DNA of 63,172 nt, filler included. It is 8 parts of 8 records of this genome, joined end to end, with 100 filler letters (N's around TTAATTAATTAA, not from the genome) between each part and the next. Parts side by side here need not be neighbours in the genome. Positions count along the whole stretch, not along the records: positions 29,854 to 38,187 come from SRR20825015_475; positions 38,288 to 40,910 come from SRR20825015_494; positions 41,011 to 44,559 come from SRR20825015_497; 5 more parts are not named here. One strand, written 5' to 3'. Of the stretch, positions 31,197 to 41,677 are shown in pieces. Under the pieces are notes generated by a model, which did not search any database, was not told where the DNA came from, and worked only from the letters and a program-made list of their open reading frames with translations. Both the position numbers and the translations under genes were made by a program. How positions within the stretch are numbered: the stretch's first letter is position 1; every line of letters begins with the position of its first letter.

Positions 31197-31796
31197 TTAC
31201 AGTTTGCGCCATACCAGCAGTCGATTGTTGGCAGGCATTTCGAAATCGCTTTCAAGCCCGAACCGAACTCGGCCCGCCAGTTCCAGCATGTCATCCATGT
31301 TCCTGATGCCCATGTGCGGGGCCTGACTCCGCAGGTGGTGATCGAACTGGCGATTGCTGTCGCTGGTAAACTGCCCCTCATAGTTAAACGGCCCATAGAG
31401 GCAGAACAGGCCGCCGGCAATGAGGCGTTTAGCCAACCCGGCGAACATTGCCTCTACCTCTTCCCACGACATGATGTGAGCCGTGTTGGCGGAATAGGCA
31501 CCATCAATGGTGTCTACCGGCCAGCTTCCCAGGGAAACGTCCAGTTCTAGAGGTGGGCGAATATTGGCAAGGTCAGCCTCCTCGATCCAGCCGAGGGAAT
31601 GATCGGCGCCTCCAGGCCGATCACTGGGCTGCCACGTCAGGTGGGGGAGCTCTGCTGCAAAATAAACAGCGTGTTGCCCCGTTCCCGTTCCAATTTCCAA
31701 TATGGTGGCCGGCTCGGTGAACACCGTTTTGATGCATTCCAGTATTGGTTGCCTGTTATTTACACAGGCCTGTGAAAAAGGCTTGCTGTGGACCAT
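31197..31796 (-). CDS. DUF938 SAM-dependent methyltransferase-like protein
   Basis: Motifs LEIGTGTGQH, WQPSD, LYGPF and MPANN. Confidence 0.85.
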   Translation of the reverse strand: MVHSKPFSQACVNNRQPILECIKTVFTEPATILEIGTGTGQHAVYFAAELPHLTWQPSDRPGGADHSLGWIEEADLANIRPPLELDVSLGSWPVDTIDGAYSANTAHIMSWEEVEAMFAGLAKRLIAGGLFCLYGPFNYEGQFTSDSNRQFDHHLRSQAPHMGIRNMDDMLELAGRVRFGLESDFEMPANNRLLVWRKL

Positions 31797-31943
31797 CGTT
31801 TACGCCTGTTCGGAATCAGTGCCAACCTAAAGAATATCGCGCTGGGCGCAATGGGTAAAAGAATGAGCGTAGGGGATTTCCCGCGTATTCGACATTCGAT
31901 GATGGTCTATCGGAGGCTTCCCGACTGGAAAATGGCGCCTTTC

Positions 31944-31977
31944 GCGACATAAAAGTGTCACAAAACAGGCATAAGCT
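31944..31977 (+). promoter_or_regulatory. Pho-box-like promoter of the chemoreceptor gene
   Basis: GCGACATAAAAGTGTCAC (18 bp), a 10-bp spacer, then -10-like TAAGCT. Confidence 0.6.
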
Positions 31978-32007
31978 TCATTGGACGATACCCCCAGTGG
32001 AGATACC

Positions 32008-33615
32008 ATGCTCAGAACTGTCCGCAGCCGTATTCTGTTCTTTTCCTTTCTATCGGTGTTTGCTTTGGCCGCATTGGCGGCCCTGTCATCGAGCATTATG
32101 ACCCGTGCGGAGTCCGCTTCAGAGGCATTGGTTCGGGAAAGTCTTATGGAGTCGTGGCTGCTGGAAGACCTTGAGCAGGACCATCGCCGCCTGCAGGATC
32201 TCGCCTACAAGATCAAGGCGCAGCTGATGCTCTGGGATGAAATCGATGCGGAATTCCAGGCATTGACCGAGGTGCTGCCGGAGCACTGGCGTGCTATCGA
32301 GGACAATGCCGGGCTGAGCGAGTGGGCGACGGATAATCGAGCCTTGTTCGAGAGCGTGTTGGCGCTCATCGAATCCATGAGACCGGGTATCGAAGGGCGG
32401 AGCTACTATCGAGTAGGGCAAGTGGTTGATTTTGACTTGTTCCCGGCCCTCGGCCCGATGCTCACGGCGATCAACAACCGTAAGGAAGCCAGCCGCAACA
32501 TCATTGAAGTTCGTAGTCAGGACCTGCTGGCCTTTCTGGATACCCAGAAAATCTGGCTGTTGGCCGGCTCTGCTGTATTCCTGATGTCTGTGGTCTTGAT
32601 GACGCTCTGGCTTCGGCGCTCAGTGATTGGCCGCCTGCAGTTGCTGGAGTCCGGCCTCCGGGAAATGGACGAGACCTCAGATCTTTCCCGGCGCCCGGTT
32701 ATTACCGGACACGATGAAGTGGCTGGTGTGACGCGCGCGCTGGTAGGGTTGGTTAGCCGGTTTGAGCTCTTTATCGGAGAAGTGAGAACGGCTGCCCACA
32801 GCATCAATGACCGGTCCACATCGTTGGACTCTCAGGCAGAGGACGTCCAGGCGTCCACTGATACTACCCGCCGGCAGATTCATGATGTCAGCCAGTCAAT
32901 GGCGGCCATTGCGAACCAGGCGTCGGCCATTGATTTAGCCACCGAGAACTCAGCCACTACGGTACGAGATGCCGTGGCGGCCAATGCGGTGGTTCAGGAA
33001 GGGCTCAGAAACAGTGAGCAGGCAGCTGAACACACGGTGGAGGTGATTGGGCGGGTGTCCCTGTCTATCCAGGCATTGAGTGAATCCTCGGGCAAAATCG
33101 AGAGCGTGATCGGCGTGATTGCCGATATCGCGGAGCAGACCAATTTGCTGGCATTGAATGCAGCGATTGAAGCGGCCCGTGCCGGCGAACACGGTCGGGG
33201 GTTTGCCGTGGTGGCAGACGAAGTGCGCACCCTGTCGAAGCGTACGTCGGACTCCACCAGGGAAATTCGCCAATGGGTGACCGACCTGGTAACCGGGGTT
33301 TCCGGCGTTGAGGGCCTGCTGGACGAAATGCGCGACGCCGGTGGTATGAACCGGCGGAACCTTGATGCCCTGAAAGACCACCTGGAGCGTCTTGCGAGTC
33401 AGTTCACGGAGCTGGAGCTTCGCAGTGCTGAAATTGGGGATGCGGTTGCGGTTCAGAGGGAAGAGATTGACCGTGTCGGGCGGCGGTCAAGGGCGCTTGA
33501 TGACAGTTCGGGTTCCCTGATCACCAGTGTTGATAACACCCGCCAGATCAGTGAATACCTGAGACAGGAATCGGTCACCATGCGTCAGCTGATTTCCCGG
33601 TTTAAGGCAGCCTGA
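32008..33615 (+). CDS. Methyl-accepting chemotaxis protein
   Basis: TM-periplasmic domain-TM-HAMP layout, with signalling hairpin [41 protein letters not shown]. Confidence 0.92.
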   Translation: MLRTVRSRILFFSFLSVFALAALAALSSSIMTRAESASEALVRESLMESWLLEDLEQDHRRLQDLAYKIKAQLMLWDEIDAEFQALTEVLPEHWRAIEDNAGLSEWATDNRALFESVLALIESMRPGIEGRSYYRVGQVVDFDLFPALGPMLTAINNRKEASRNIIEVRSQDLLAFLDTQKIWLLAGSAVFLMSVVLMTLWLRRSVIGRLQLLESGLREMDETSDLSRRPVITGHDEVAGVTRALVGLVSRFELFIGEVRTAAHSINDRSTSLDSQAEDVQASTDTTRRQIHDVSQSMAAIANQASAIDLATENSATTVRDAVAANAVVQEGLRNSEQAAEHTVEVIGRVSLSIQALSESSGKIESVIGVIADIAEQTNLLALNAAIEAARAGEHGRGFAVVADEVRTLSKRTSDSTREIRQWVTDLVTGVSGVEGLLDEMRDAGGMNRRNLDALKDHLERLASQFTELELRSAEIGDAVAVQREEIDRVGRRSRALDDSSGSLITSVDNTRQISEYLRQESVTMRQLISRFKAA

Positions 33616-33714
33616 CCGAGCGGTCAACGCCAAGTGGTGAAAAAAAGCCTGATAATCGGTCTTCTACAGCCTCGCCAAACCCATTACCATGGCTGCTTTG
33701 AGGTGGAGTTGAAA

Positions 33715-33966
33715 ATGACCGACGAAGCAGGCCACGAGCCCCAGCCGGACCCACGTGAAGAGAAATTCGTAGTGGATGTGGGGCTGCTTTCAGAGGACCA
33801 GCTTGACGGGCTGGTTGACGAATACTGCACTCGGTACCACGGCCTGAACGACACTGAGAACCCCATGGCAGAGCGTGAGCGGGTAAAATCGGCGGCTCGG
33901 CGGGGGGATCTGGTGGTCTGGTTCGATCCGGTAGAGAATACCGCAAGCCTGGGCGTGCCCCGCTGA
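33715..33966 (+). CDS. YheU-family protein
   Basis: Pattern L..D.L..LV.E...R.G...V....RG....FD, with a GGAG RBS. Confidence 0.7.
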   Translation: MTDEAGHEPQPDPREEKFVVDVGLLSEDQLDGLVDEYCTRYHGLNDTENPMAERERVKSAARRGDLVVWFDPVENTASLGVPR

Positions 33967-34076
33967 TGATTGTGTCCTGAGCAGTGGGTCCCGGTATTGA
34001 TGGATGCATCTACCGTCGGGAACCCTTAACCGGTACAATTCGTAAATTCCCATAAAAGCCGCGTGCGAGGTGAGTT

Positions 34077-34742
34077 TTGATCAGGGTATTGGTTGTTGAC
34101 GACCATGAACTGGTCAGGTCCGGTATTACCCGGATGCTGGCGGACAACCCCGATATTGAAGTCATCGGCGAAGCATCTTCAGGCGAGGATGCTATTGATT
34201 CTGTGCGTAAAGACAGCCCGGACATCGTGTTGATGGACATCCGCATGCCTGGTATCGGGGGGCTGGAAGCGACACGGCGAATCCTGCGCATTGACGACGC
34301 TGTGCGGGTGATCGTGGTGACTGCCTGTGCTGATGACCCCTATCCAACCAGGGTGATGCAGGCTGGCGCATCGGCTTATATCACCAAGGGCGCCGACATC
34401 AAGGAAATGGTGCGTGCCATCCGCATGGCGCATTCCGGGCAGCGTTACATCAGCCCGGAAATTGCCCAGAAAATGGCGCTCAAGCAGCTTGGAGGCGGCG
34501 ATGCGAGGGACGAAGACGGCGAGCTATCCCTGTTTGACCGTTTGTCCGAGCGCGAAATGCAGATTGCCATGATGGTGGTGGACTGCCAGAAAGTGCAGGA
34601 CATTTCCGACAAGCTTTGCCTCAGCCCAAAAACTGTAAACAGCTACCGCTACCGCATTTTCGAGAAGCTGGAAATTTCCAGTGACGTTGAGTTGGCGCTG
34701 ATGGCGGTCAGGCTCGGGTTGCTCGATGCCGACAAGGTCTGA
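34077..34742 (+). CDS. uvrY: Response regulator UvrY/GacA
   Basis: Motifs VDDHELVR, MDIRMPGIGGLEAT and LSPKTVNSYRYRIFEKL. TTG start, upstream of uvrC. Confidence 0.92.
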   Translation: MIRVLVVDDHELVRSGITRMLADNPDIEVIGEASSGEDAIDSVRKDSPDIVLMDIRMPGIGGLEATRRILRIDDAVRVIVVTACADDPYPTRVMQAGASAYITKGADIKEMVRAIRMAHSGQRYISPEIAQKMALKQLGGGDARDEDGELSLFDRLSEREMQIAMMVVDCQKVQDISDKLCLSPKTVNSYRYRIFEKLEISSDVELALMAVRLGLLDADKV

Positions 34743-36603
34743 CGCACCGGCTGATTCTGCCGAGGCAGGGAACAACAGGGAGTTCGACACCAAAAGCTTC
34801 CTGAAACAGTTGACCGAGCGGCCCGGCGTTTACCGCATGTACGACGCCGCTGGTAATGTGCTGTATGTGGGTAAGGCCCGGAACCTCAAGAAACGGGTGA
34901 CCAGCTACTTCCGCAAGTCCGGCCTGGCGCCCAAGACCGAAGCCCTGGTCTCCCGAATTGACTCCATCGAAGTCACCATCACCAGCAGTGAAACCGAAGC
35001 ACTCCTGCTTGAACAGAACCTGATCAAATCCCTGCGGCCGCCTTACAATATCCTGCTGCGGGATGATAAATCCTACCCTTATATATACCTGTCCTCGCAC
35101 GACGATTATCCCTCCCTGACGTTTCGCAGGGGGCGCACGAAAAAAGGCGGCGGCACCTGGTATGGACCGTTTCCGAGCTCTGGAGCGGTCAAGGAAAGTC
35201 TTAACATTCTACAAAAGATTTTCCGTATAAGATCCTGTAGTGAAAGCTATTTCCGAAACCGCACACGCCCTTGTCTTCAGTATCAGATCAACCGTTGTAC
35301 GGCACCGTGTGTCGACTATATTTCCCCCGAGGATTATCGGGAGGACATGCGCCACGCCACCATGTTCCTCGAAGGCAAGAACCCCGCGATCCTGCAGGAT
35401 CTGATGGCGGCCATGGAAACCGCGGCGAAGAATCTGGAATTTGAGAAAGCCGGTGTCTACCGCGACCAGATAAACCATCTGCGGCACGTTCAGGAGCAGC
35501 AAAGCGTGGACGGCGAAGGGGGTGATGCCGACGTGGTGGCCATTGCCCAGGATGCCGGTGTGGTGTGCATCGTGGTGATAATCGTGCGCGGTGGGCGCGT
35601 GCTCGGTACCAAGGACTATTTTCCGCGATACAGTATTGAGCAGTCTGAAGCTGAGTTGTTAAGTGCTTTTCTGGGGCAGTATTATTTCGGCGGTAGCACC
35701 CGCCGGGAAATTCCACCGGACATCCTGGTGCCGGTGGACGTCGACGGCCAGGAACTGCTGTCCCAGGCGCTGACAGAATCCGCCGGTCGTGAAACCCGGG
35801 TACGCAAGAATGTGCGGGGAGAACGCCGGCGCTGGCTGGATCTGGCCATGACGAATGCCAGGCAGACATTGCTGACCCACCTGGCCAGCAAGGAAACGGT
35901 CTATCGCCGCCTGCTGGCCCTGCGCGACCTGCTGGATCTCGCTGAAACGCCGTCACGCATGGAGTGCTTTGACATCAGTCATAGCCATGGTGAGAACACG
36001 GTCGCATCCTGCGTGGTTTTCGACGAGAATGGGCCGCTGAAAAGCGACTACCGGCTCTACAATATCGAGGGTGTCACCGGCGGTGATGACTATGGAGCCA
36101 TGCGCCAGGTTCTGACGCGCCGATATAAACGCATGGTGGCAGGTGAGGGCAAACGCCCGGACCTGGTGTTCATCGACGGTGGTAAGGGCCAGTTGAACAT
36201 TGCCCGGGAAGTGTTTGATGAACTTGGTGTTACGGACATTCCGCTGATTGGTGTTGCCAAGGGTGTCACCCGGCGTGCGGGTATGGAACAGTTGATTGAT
36301 GCCATGACCGGCGACCTCTATCGGGTCCCCGCAGACTCGCCGGCACTGCACCTGATCCAGCATATCCGAGACGAGTCGCACCGTTTCGCCATCACTGGCC
36401 ATCGGGCCCGGCGTGACAAGAAACGCCGGCAATCCACCCTAGAGGGAATCGAGGGTGTCGGGCCTAAACGCCGCCGCGATCTGATACGTTATTTTGGCGG
36501 CATCCAGGAACTACGCAAGGCGAGTATCGACGAAATGTCCAAGGTTCAAGGAATCAGCAGGAACCTGGCAGAAACCATCTACGCAGTACTGCATGACGAG
36601 TAG
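34726..36603 (+). CDS. uvrC: Excinuclease ABC subunit C
   Basis: GIY-YIG motif GVYRM..YVGKA, CFDISH, IDGGKGQ and C-terminal HhH. Confidence 0.96.
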   Translation: MPTRSDAPADSAEAGNNREFDTKSFLKQLTERPGVYRMYDAAGNVLYVGKARNLKKRVTSYFRKSGLAPKTEALVSRIDSIEVTITSSETEALLLEQNLIKSLRPPYNILLRDDKSYPYIYLSSHDDYPSLTFRRGRTKKGGGTWYGPFPSSGAVKESLNILQKIFRIRSCSESYFRNRTRPCLQYQINRCTAPCVDYISPEDYREDMRHATMFLEGKNPAILQDLMAAMETAAKNLEFEKAGVYRDQINHLRHVQEQQSVDGEGGDADVVAIAQDAGVVCIVVIIVRGGRVLGTKDYFPRYSIEQSEAELLSAFLGQYYFGGSTRREIPPDILVPVDVDGQELLSQALTESAGRETRVRKNVRGERRRWLDLAMTNARQTLLTHLASKETVYRRLLALRDLLDLAETPSRMECFDISHSHGENTVASCVVFDENGPLKSDYRLYNIEGVTGGDDYGAMRQVLTRRYKRMVAGEGKRPDLVFIDGGKGQLNIAREVFDELGVTDIPLIGVAKGVTRRAGMEQLIDAMTGDLYRVPADSPALHLIQHIRDESHRFAITGHRARRDKKRRQSTLEGIEGVGPKRRRDLIRYFGGIQELRKASIDEMSKVQGISRNLAETIYAVLHDE

Positions 36604-36610
36604 GGATAGC

Positions 36611-37168
36611 ATGAATTTACCGAACATTCTCACCCTTTCCCGGATTCTGATGATCCCGGTTTTCGTGATTATCTACTACCTGCCGGCGCAATGGAGCTAC
36701 CTCGTCAGTGCCGGCCTGTTTGCGCTGGCGGCGGCGACGGACTGGTTGGATGGTTACCTGGCCCGGAAACTGAACCAGAGCACACCTTTTGGTGCCTTCC
36801 TGGACCCCGTTGCAGACAAACTTATGGTAGCGGTAGCACTGACCGTACTGATTGAAGCCCACGCGAGTTTCATTCTGACGATTCCTGCCACGGTGATTAT
36901 CGGTCGTGAGATCGTGATTTCAGCATTGCGGGAGTGGATGGCGGAAATCGGCAGCCGTGCGAGTGTGGCGGTTTCCTACATTGGCAAGATCAAGACAACA
37001 GCGCAGATGGTGGCCATTATCATGCTGCTGGCATTTCCTCCTGGTGTCGTCTGGGCCCAGGCCGGTACGGCCCTGTTGTACGTGGCAGCGGTACTGACGT
37101 TCTGGTCGATGATTCTCTATCTCAAGGCCGCCTGGCCGGACCTTTTTCCGGAAAAACACCAGGGTTGA
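36611..37168 (+). CDS. pgsA: CDP-diacylglycerol--glycerol-3-phosphate 3-phosphatidyltransferase
   Basis: Motifs MNLPNILT and DWLDGYLAR...GAFLDPVADK. Confidence 0.95.
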   Translation: MNLPNILTLSRILMIPVFVIIYYLPAQWSYLVSAGLFALAAATDWLDGYLARKLNQSTPFGAFLDPVADKLMVAVALTVLIEAHASFILTIPATVIIGREIVISALREWMAEIGSRASVAVSYIGKIKTTAQMVAIIMLLAFPPGVVWAQAGTALLYVAAVLTFWSMILYLKAAWPDLFPEKHQG

Positions 37169-37172
37169 CGGG

Positions 37173-37784
37173 TTAGGGGCGCTGTTCGACCGTCCAGCGA
37201 ATCACCTCGTTGGCCAGTGCGTTACTGGCCTCGCCCAATGCCTCCACGACTGCTTCAACTTGTTCCCCTGTCGCCGGATGCTGGTACTCAAAGCGTTTGC
37301 TGGCAAGGGTATTGCGGGTGCGTTCGTCGATGAGATGCAGGTCTAGCCTGATCAGTGCTACTGGCATGCCGTCCTGATACTCGCTCTGGAACGCGCCTAG
37401 CTCTCCTGCCATGGTCAGATCACTGCGGGCCGGACTGGTTCCGGTAATAACACCAGCGAATCGGCCATCCCGGCGAAAGGCATCGATCAGTTGGTCCCGA
37501 ACCAGGACGGGAGACTTCTTACTCCAGCGCGCTCCCTGATAGGCCTTTATTTCGTTGCCCTCCGGTTTCACCAGAATACGCGAGCTATCAACAGGGCCTT
37601 CGGCCAGGGGCGTTACGAACCGAAGGGTTGTGCTGAATGGTTTGTTGTCAGTGATGGATTCCTCAACCGTGGAAGCCGGTAACTGAAATATTCGATTGGC
37701 CGGTCGATCCGGGAACAGAGTACAAGCGGATAACGTGGCGGCAACGACCATGCAGAGCAGTGCCCGTGATGCAGTCAGTGTCAT
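37173..37784 (-). CDS. ABC-type transport auxiliary lipoprotein (PqiC-like)
   Basis: Lipobox LSAC and Y.GARW motif, downstream of an MlaD-like gene. Confidence 0.75.
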   Translation of the reverse strand: MTLTASRALLCMVVAATLSACTLFPDRPANRIFQLPASTVEESITDNKPFSTTLRFVTPLAEGPVDSSRILVKPEGNEIKAYQGARWSKKSPVLVRDQLIDAFRRDGRFAGVITGTSPARSDLTMAGELGAFQSEYQDGMPVALIRLDLHLIDERTRNTLASKRFEYQHPATGEQVEAVVEALGEASNALANEVIRWTVEQRP

Positions 37785-38187
37785 GGATTAAACTCCTGTA
37801 TCGGCTCGCGGCCCAGCAGAAGGCCGGCCGGGTCGTCCTCCAGGCGGTGGATAAGACTGTCCATGTTTTGCAGCGTTGATCTCAGTTCCCGCATGGCGGG
37901 CGCCAGTTCACCGATGCCCTGCATTCCCTGGTCCAGGGAGCCCTCGTTGCGGGCGGTGAGTGCTTCAAGTCGCGCGGTAGCGGTCTCCAGTGAATCCATG
38001 GCGCTCTGGGCAGTGGCCATCAACTGGCGGCCTTCCTTGTCCAGCAAAGTGTTCGCTGTGCTGCCAAATTGACGGAAGGTTTTCAGTGTGGCCTCGGTTT
38101 GTACACTGAGTTGATCGAAACTCGTCACCAGATTGCTCAGTTCGCTGCGTTGATCCATCAACCCAGACGACACGGCCTCGATGTTCT
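37781..38187 (-). CDS. MlaD/MCE family protein, C-terminal part
   Basis: Coiled-coil region ending RLEDDPAGLLLG. ATGA overlap with the auxiliary lipoprotein gene. Confidence 0.7.
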
Positions 38188-38287
38188 NNNNNNNNNNNNN
38201 NNNNNNNNNNNNNNNNNNNNNNNNNNNNNNNTTAATTAATTAANNNNNNNNNNNNNNNNNNNNNNNNNNNNNNNNNNNNNNNNNNNN

Positions 38288-40141
38288 ATCGACCATGATC
38301 AGGCGGCATTCTTCCGGACGCAAATGGTAAAGCAGCGACAGGATCATCGTGTTGATGGCAACCGATTTGCCTGAGCCGGTTGTTCCCGCAACAAGAAGAT
38401 GCGGCATCTTGGCCAGTTCAGCGACCACAGGCTCACCACCGATATTCTTTCCGAGGCAAAGCGGCAGACGGAAATCCGTCTGCATATAGAGGCGACTTTC
38501 CAGCAGCTCTCGCAAGAAAACGGTCTCACGCTCCTCGTTCGGCAGTTCGATGCCAATCACATTGCGACCGGGAATAACCGCCACGCGGGCCGAAAGTGCC
38601 GACATCGAACGGGCGATATCATCGGAAAGGTTGATCACGCGTGAAGATTTGACGCCAGGTGCCGGTTCGAACTCATACTGCGTAACAACCGGACCGGGGC
38701 GCACATCGATAATTTCGCCTTTGACACCAAAATCCTCAAGAATGCTTTCCAGCTGCCCGGCACTTTGCTCAAGCGCTTCCTGACTGAACTCACTGACCTC
38801 ATTGAAATGCTGCGCCTGCAATAGTTCCAGAGACGGGAAAACGAAATCTGTCTCCGGCTCCATGTGGATGACGGAGGATGGCTCGGCGGCATCGACGTAT
38901 GTTAGCTGCGCATCCTTCTCTTCCGCTTCGTCCTTCTCTTCTGCCTCATCCGCAACGCTTGCATCCTGCTCAGCGCTTTCAATGGCAGGTTCGACGGTTT
39001 CTGAAGCCTCAGTCGTGTCAGTAGCAAACGTGTCATCCGCCGCTTCACAGACGTCGGCATCAACTGCCGGCTTTTCCGTTTCGTCTGTTGCCTCCGCTGT
39101 CTCAACGGCACCGATCATGCCTGGTTGGCGGACTTCAACCTGCCGATAAAGCGCAACGGGAGACGTCACCTGCTCAGCCTCATTCGTTTCTGCCACAGCA
39201 TCTGCAGGGTCGCTTTCAGCTGTTTCGACAGGGTCGGATATCGCCGTAAGAGGCAGGTTGTTTTCAGCCTTGAGAAGTCCGGTTGCATCCTCGTCGATTT
39301 GAGGCCCCTCTTCACAGGCAGGCTGCGGTTCACAATCGCTTTCGTTGCGATAGGAGGCCTCATGCTGCGGCTGGACCGGCACCGAAGCCTCTTTTTCATG
39401 AAACAGGCCGAGGTCCATCATTTCAAAGGCCAGCCCATCGGGCAGAAATGCGAAGTGATCCGGGTTCGAAGTTGTATTCTCAGACAATGTTTTTTCGTCA
39501 GTTTCAGAAGATGTTTCAATTGGTGTTTGGGTGACCGAGAGTTCCGCCACGGAAAGATCATCGGTGTCAGTTTCACCCGGCACATTTACGGTTTCAGTTG
39601 TCTGAAGCAGAGCCTCCATATCAAACGAAGACGCCGTATCGGCTTTGCACGCCGGTTCAGGTGTTGGAGGCCGAATCGGATGAAACAGAAAATCGACGGC
39701 AACCTTTGGCTGTTCTTGCTCCGTCTCAGCAGCGGGTGGCACGGATTGAGCGGGAGGCATCGCCTCCTGCGTCAACGCGGGCTTCCGCTCGGCTGGCAAC
39801 TCATCTGCGATACGCTCTTGAAGTACTGTCGCCGGAGATGGTTTCTGCGGCTCCACCGCAGTGGAAGGCGCCGGACCTATCTTTTGCGGCAGTTCATCGG
39901 ACAGTGGCTGCTTTTTATGCGGTGTCCGCGTGAAGCGCACATTCGGGCCGAGCAGAAACGGGCGCTGCCAGGTGGGCAACCGATCGGGATCAAGGATCGC
40001 CGCATCGCGATTACGCTGTACTGCCTCCTCGCCGGAAGCATTATCTGGCAAACGACCTTCCGCATCGGCGGCGGGTTTGGAATAGAGACTTGAAGAACGC
40101 GAAAAAGGCATACTGAAAGGGACCATCAAAAGAGCTGTCAC
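38288..40141 (-). CDS. ftsK: DNA translocase FtsK-family protein (truncated, start uncertain)
   Basis: Motifs [15 protein letters not shown] and Walker [15 protein letters not shown], with a long acidic N-terminal region. Confidence 0.9.
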
Positions 40142-40262
40142 ACACCCATATTGATAGAAAAGAAACCTTAACCATACGTTGCCGCAGGCGCCCTCATCTC
40201 ACCTTTCAAAACAGACATCTCATGAATACAGCTACTTAGCGCGATATATTTTTTGCAACCGA

Positions 40263-40910
40263 TCAGCGCCAGAACTGCGGGACAGTTTCTTCAAGCCGCG
40301 GACCAAGGCGCAATGGTGAAACCATCTCAGCCAGCCCCGTGCGGTCGGAAATCTCAACACCGACACCGCAAATCGTGGCCGGGCCGCTGGCGGCCTCAAA
40401 GCGGGATTTGTTCATCTTCGAGACGAATCGACTCAGCGGTTCTTCCTTGTCCATTCCAAGCGACGAGTCGTAGTCGCCGCACATCCCCGCATCCGACATA
40501 TAGGCTGTGCCGCCGTTCAGAATCTGGCAATCAGCGGTCGGAACATGGGTATGGGTGCCGACAACGAGGCTGGCGCGACCATCCACGAAGTGCCCGAATG
40601 ACTGCTTCTCGCTGGTGGCTTCGGCATGAAAATCGAACACGATCGCATCCACCTGATCCTTGAGCTGGCAGGCTTCCAGAATATCTTCCCCCGCCTTGAA
40701 GGGGTCATCGAGTTCAGGGTGCATGAAAACGCGCCCCATGATGTTGGCAACGAGAACGCGGGCACCATTGCGGGCATAGTAGACGCTCGATCCCCGGCCC
40801 GGCGTGCCTTTCGGATAATTGGCAGGCCGCAGGAACTGTTCGTGCCGGTCAGCGAAGATAATCGCATCTTTCTGGTCCCACACATGGTTGCCGGTGGTCA
40901 CCACATCGGC
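40263..40910 (-). CDS. YmdB-family metallophosphoesterase (5'-truncated)
   Basis: Motifs TGNH.WD, DFHAEATSEK, GTHTHVPTAD and DAGMCG. Confidence 0.9.
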   Translation of the reverse strand, partial: ADVVTTGNHVWDQKDAIIFADRHEQFLRPANYPKGTPGRGSSVYYARNGARVLVANIMGRVFMHPELDDPFKAGEDILEACQLKDQVDAIVFDFHAEATSEKQSFGHFVDGRASLVVGTHTHVPTADCQILNGGTAYMSDAGMCGDYDSSLGMDKEEPLSRFVSKMNKSRFEAASGPATICGVGVEISDRTGLAEMVSPLRLGPRLEETVPQFWR

Positions 40911-41010
40911 NNNNNNNNNNNNNNNNNNNNNNNNNNNNNNNNNNNNNNNNNNNNTTAATTAATTAANNNNNNNNNNNNNNNNNNNNNNNNNNNNNNNNNN
41001 NNNNNNNNNN

Positions 41011-41331
41011 CGCCAGCAGGTTGCGATACAGCATCGAGGTCGGCTTGGTGAAAGATTCATCAACCGAAATCGCCGGAAGTTCGACCGGGAAACCACCCGC
41101 CTGATGCACGCCTTTTTTGACGTCACCGGAACGTTCGCGGAAATGAGCGTGGCACGGGTTCAATTCCGACCAGGTATTCAGAATTCCGATGACCGGGCGA
41201 CCTGTCCAGTCTTCCGGATCAAGCCCCATCTGCATCAGACGCGAACGGTGACCAAAAGAACGCAGATCGTCGGGCGCAAACCAGCGCGCACTTCTAAGGT
41301 CTTCGGCAGATTTTTTTTGTTTTTCGGACAT
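41011..41331 (-). CDS. IlvD/Edd-family sugar-acid dehydratase (L-arabinonate dehydratase-like), N-terminal part
   Basis: Motifs LRSARWF, SFGHRSR, NTWSELNPCH and KPTSMLYRN. Confidence 0.85.
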
Positions 41332-41415
41332 GGCGTTCCTCCCGTGTATCTGCCCTGCCGGGTGACTATGCACATGCAAACCCGACAGAACAATGCAATT
41401 TCATTTATGATGACA

Positions 41416-41429
41416 TGTATGCGCATACA
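41416..41429. promoter_or_regulatory. Palindromic operator TGTATGCGCATACA
   Basis: Perfect 14-bp palindrome in a divergent promoter region, with TGTATG half-sites repeated at about 41525-41545. Confidence 0.55.
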
Positions 41430-41677
41430 CATCAATGTTGTCAAGTTATCTTACAGGTATTTTCCCGTGTGAAGCTTATAGAAAAACACCAAATATTCCG
41501 GGATTGACAGAAGTTAAATCGACTTGTATGAATTTATGTATGCGCTTTCATTACGCTTGGAATTTTACAGGCAACAATAACAAGAACAAGCAAAGCGCAG
41601 GCCTATCGGGAACCACCCCGGCCGGGCATATCGGGCAAGGAGCCCTTATTCAGGATCGCGTCATTCGGGAGGAAACA

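Noticed and set aside
27549-33615. Single phosphate-regulon locus formed by phoR-pstS-pstC plus the Pho-box MCP
   Set aside because: The two parts are on different contigs from different taxa, so the adjacency is coincidental.
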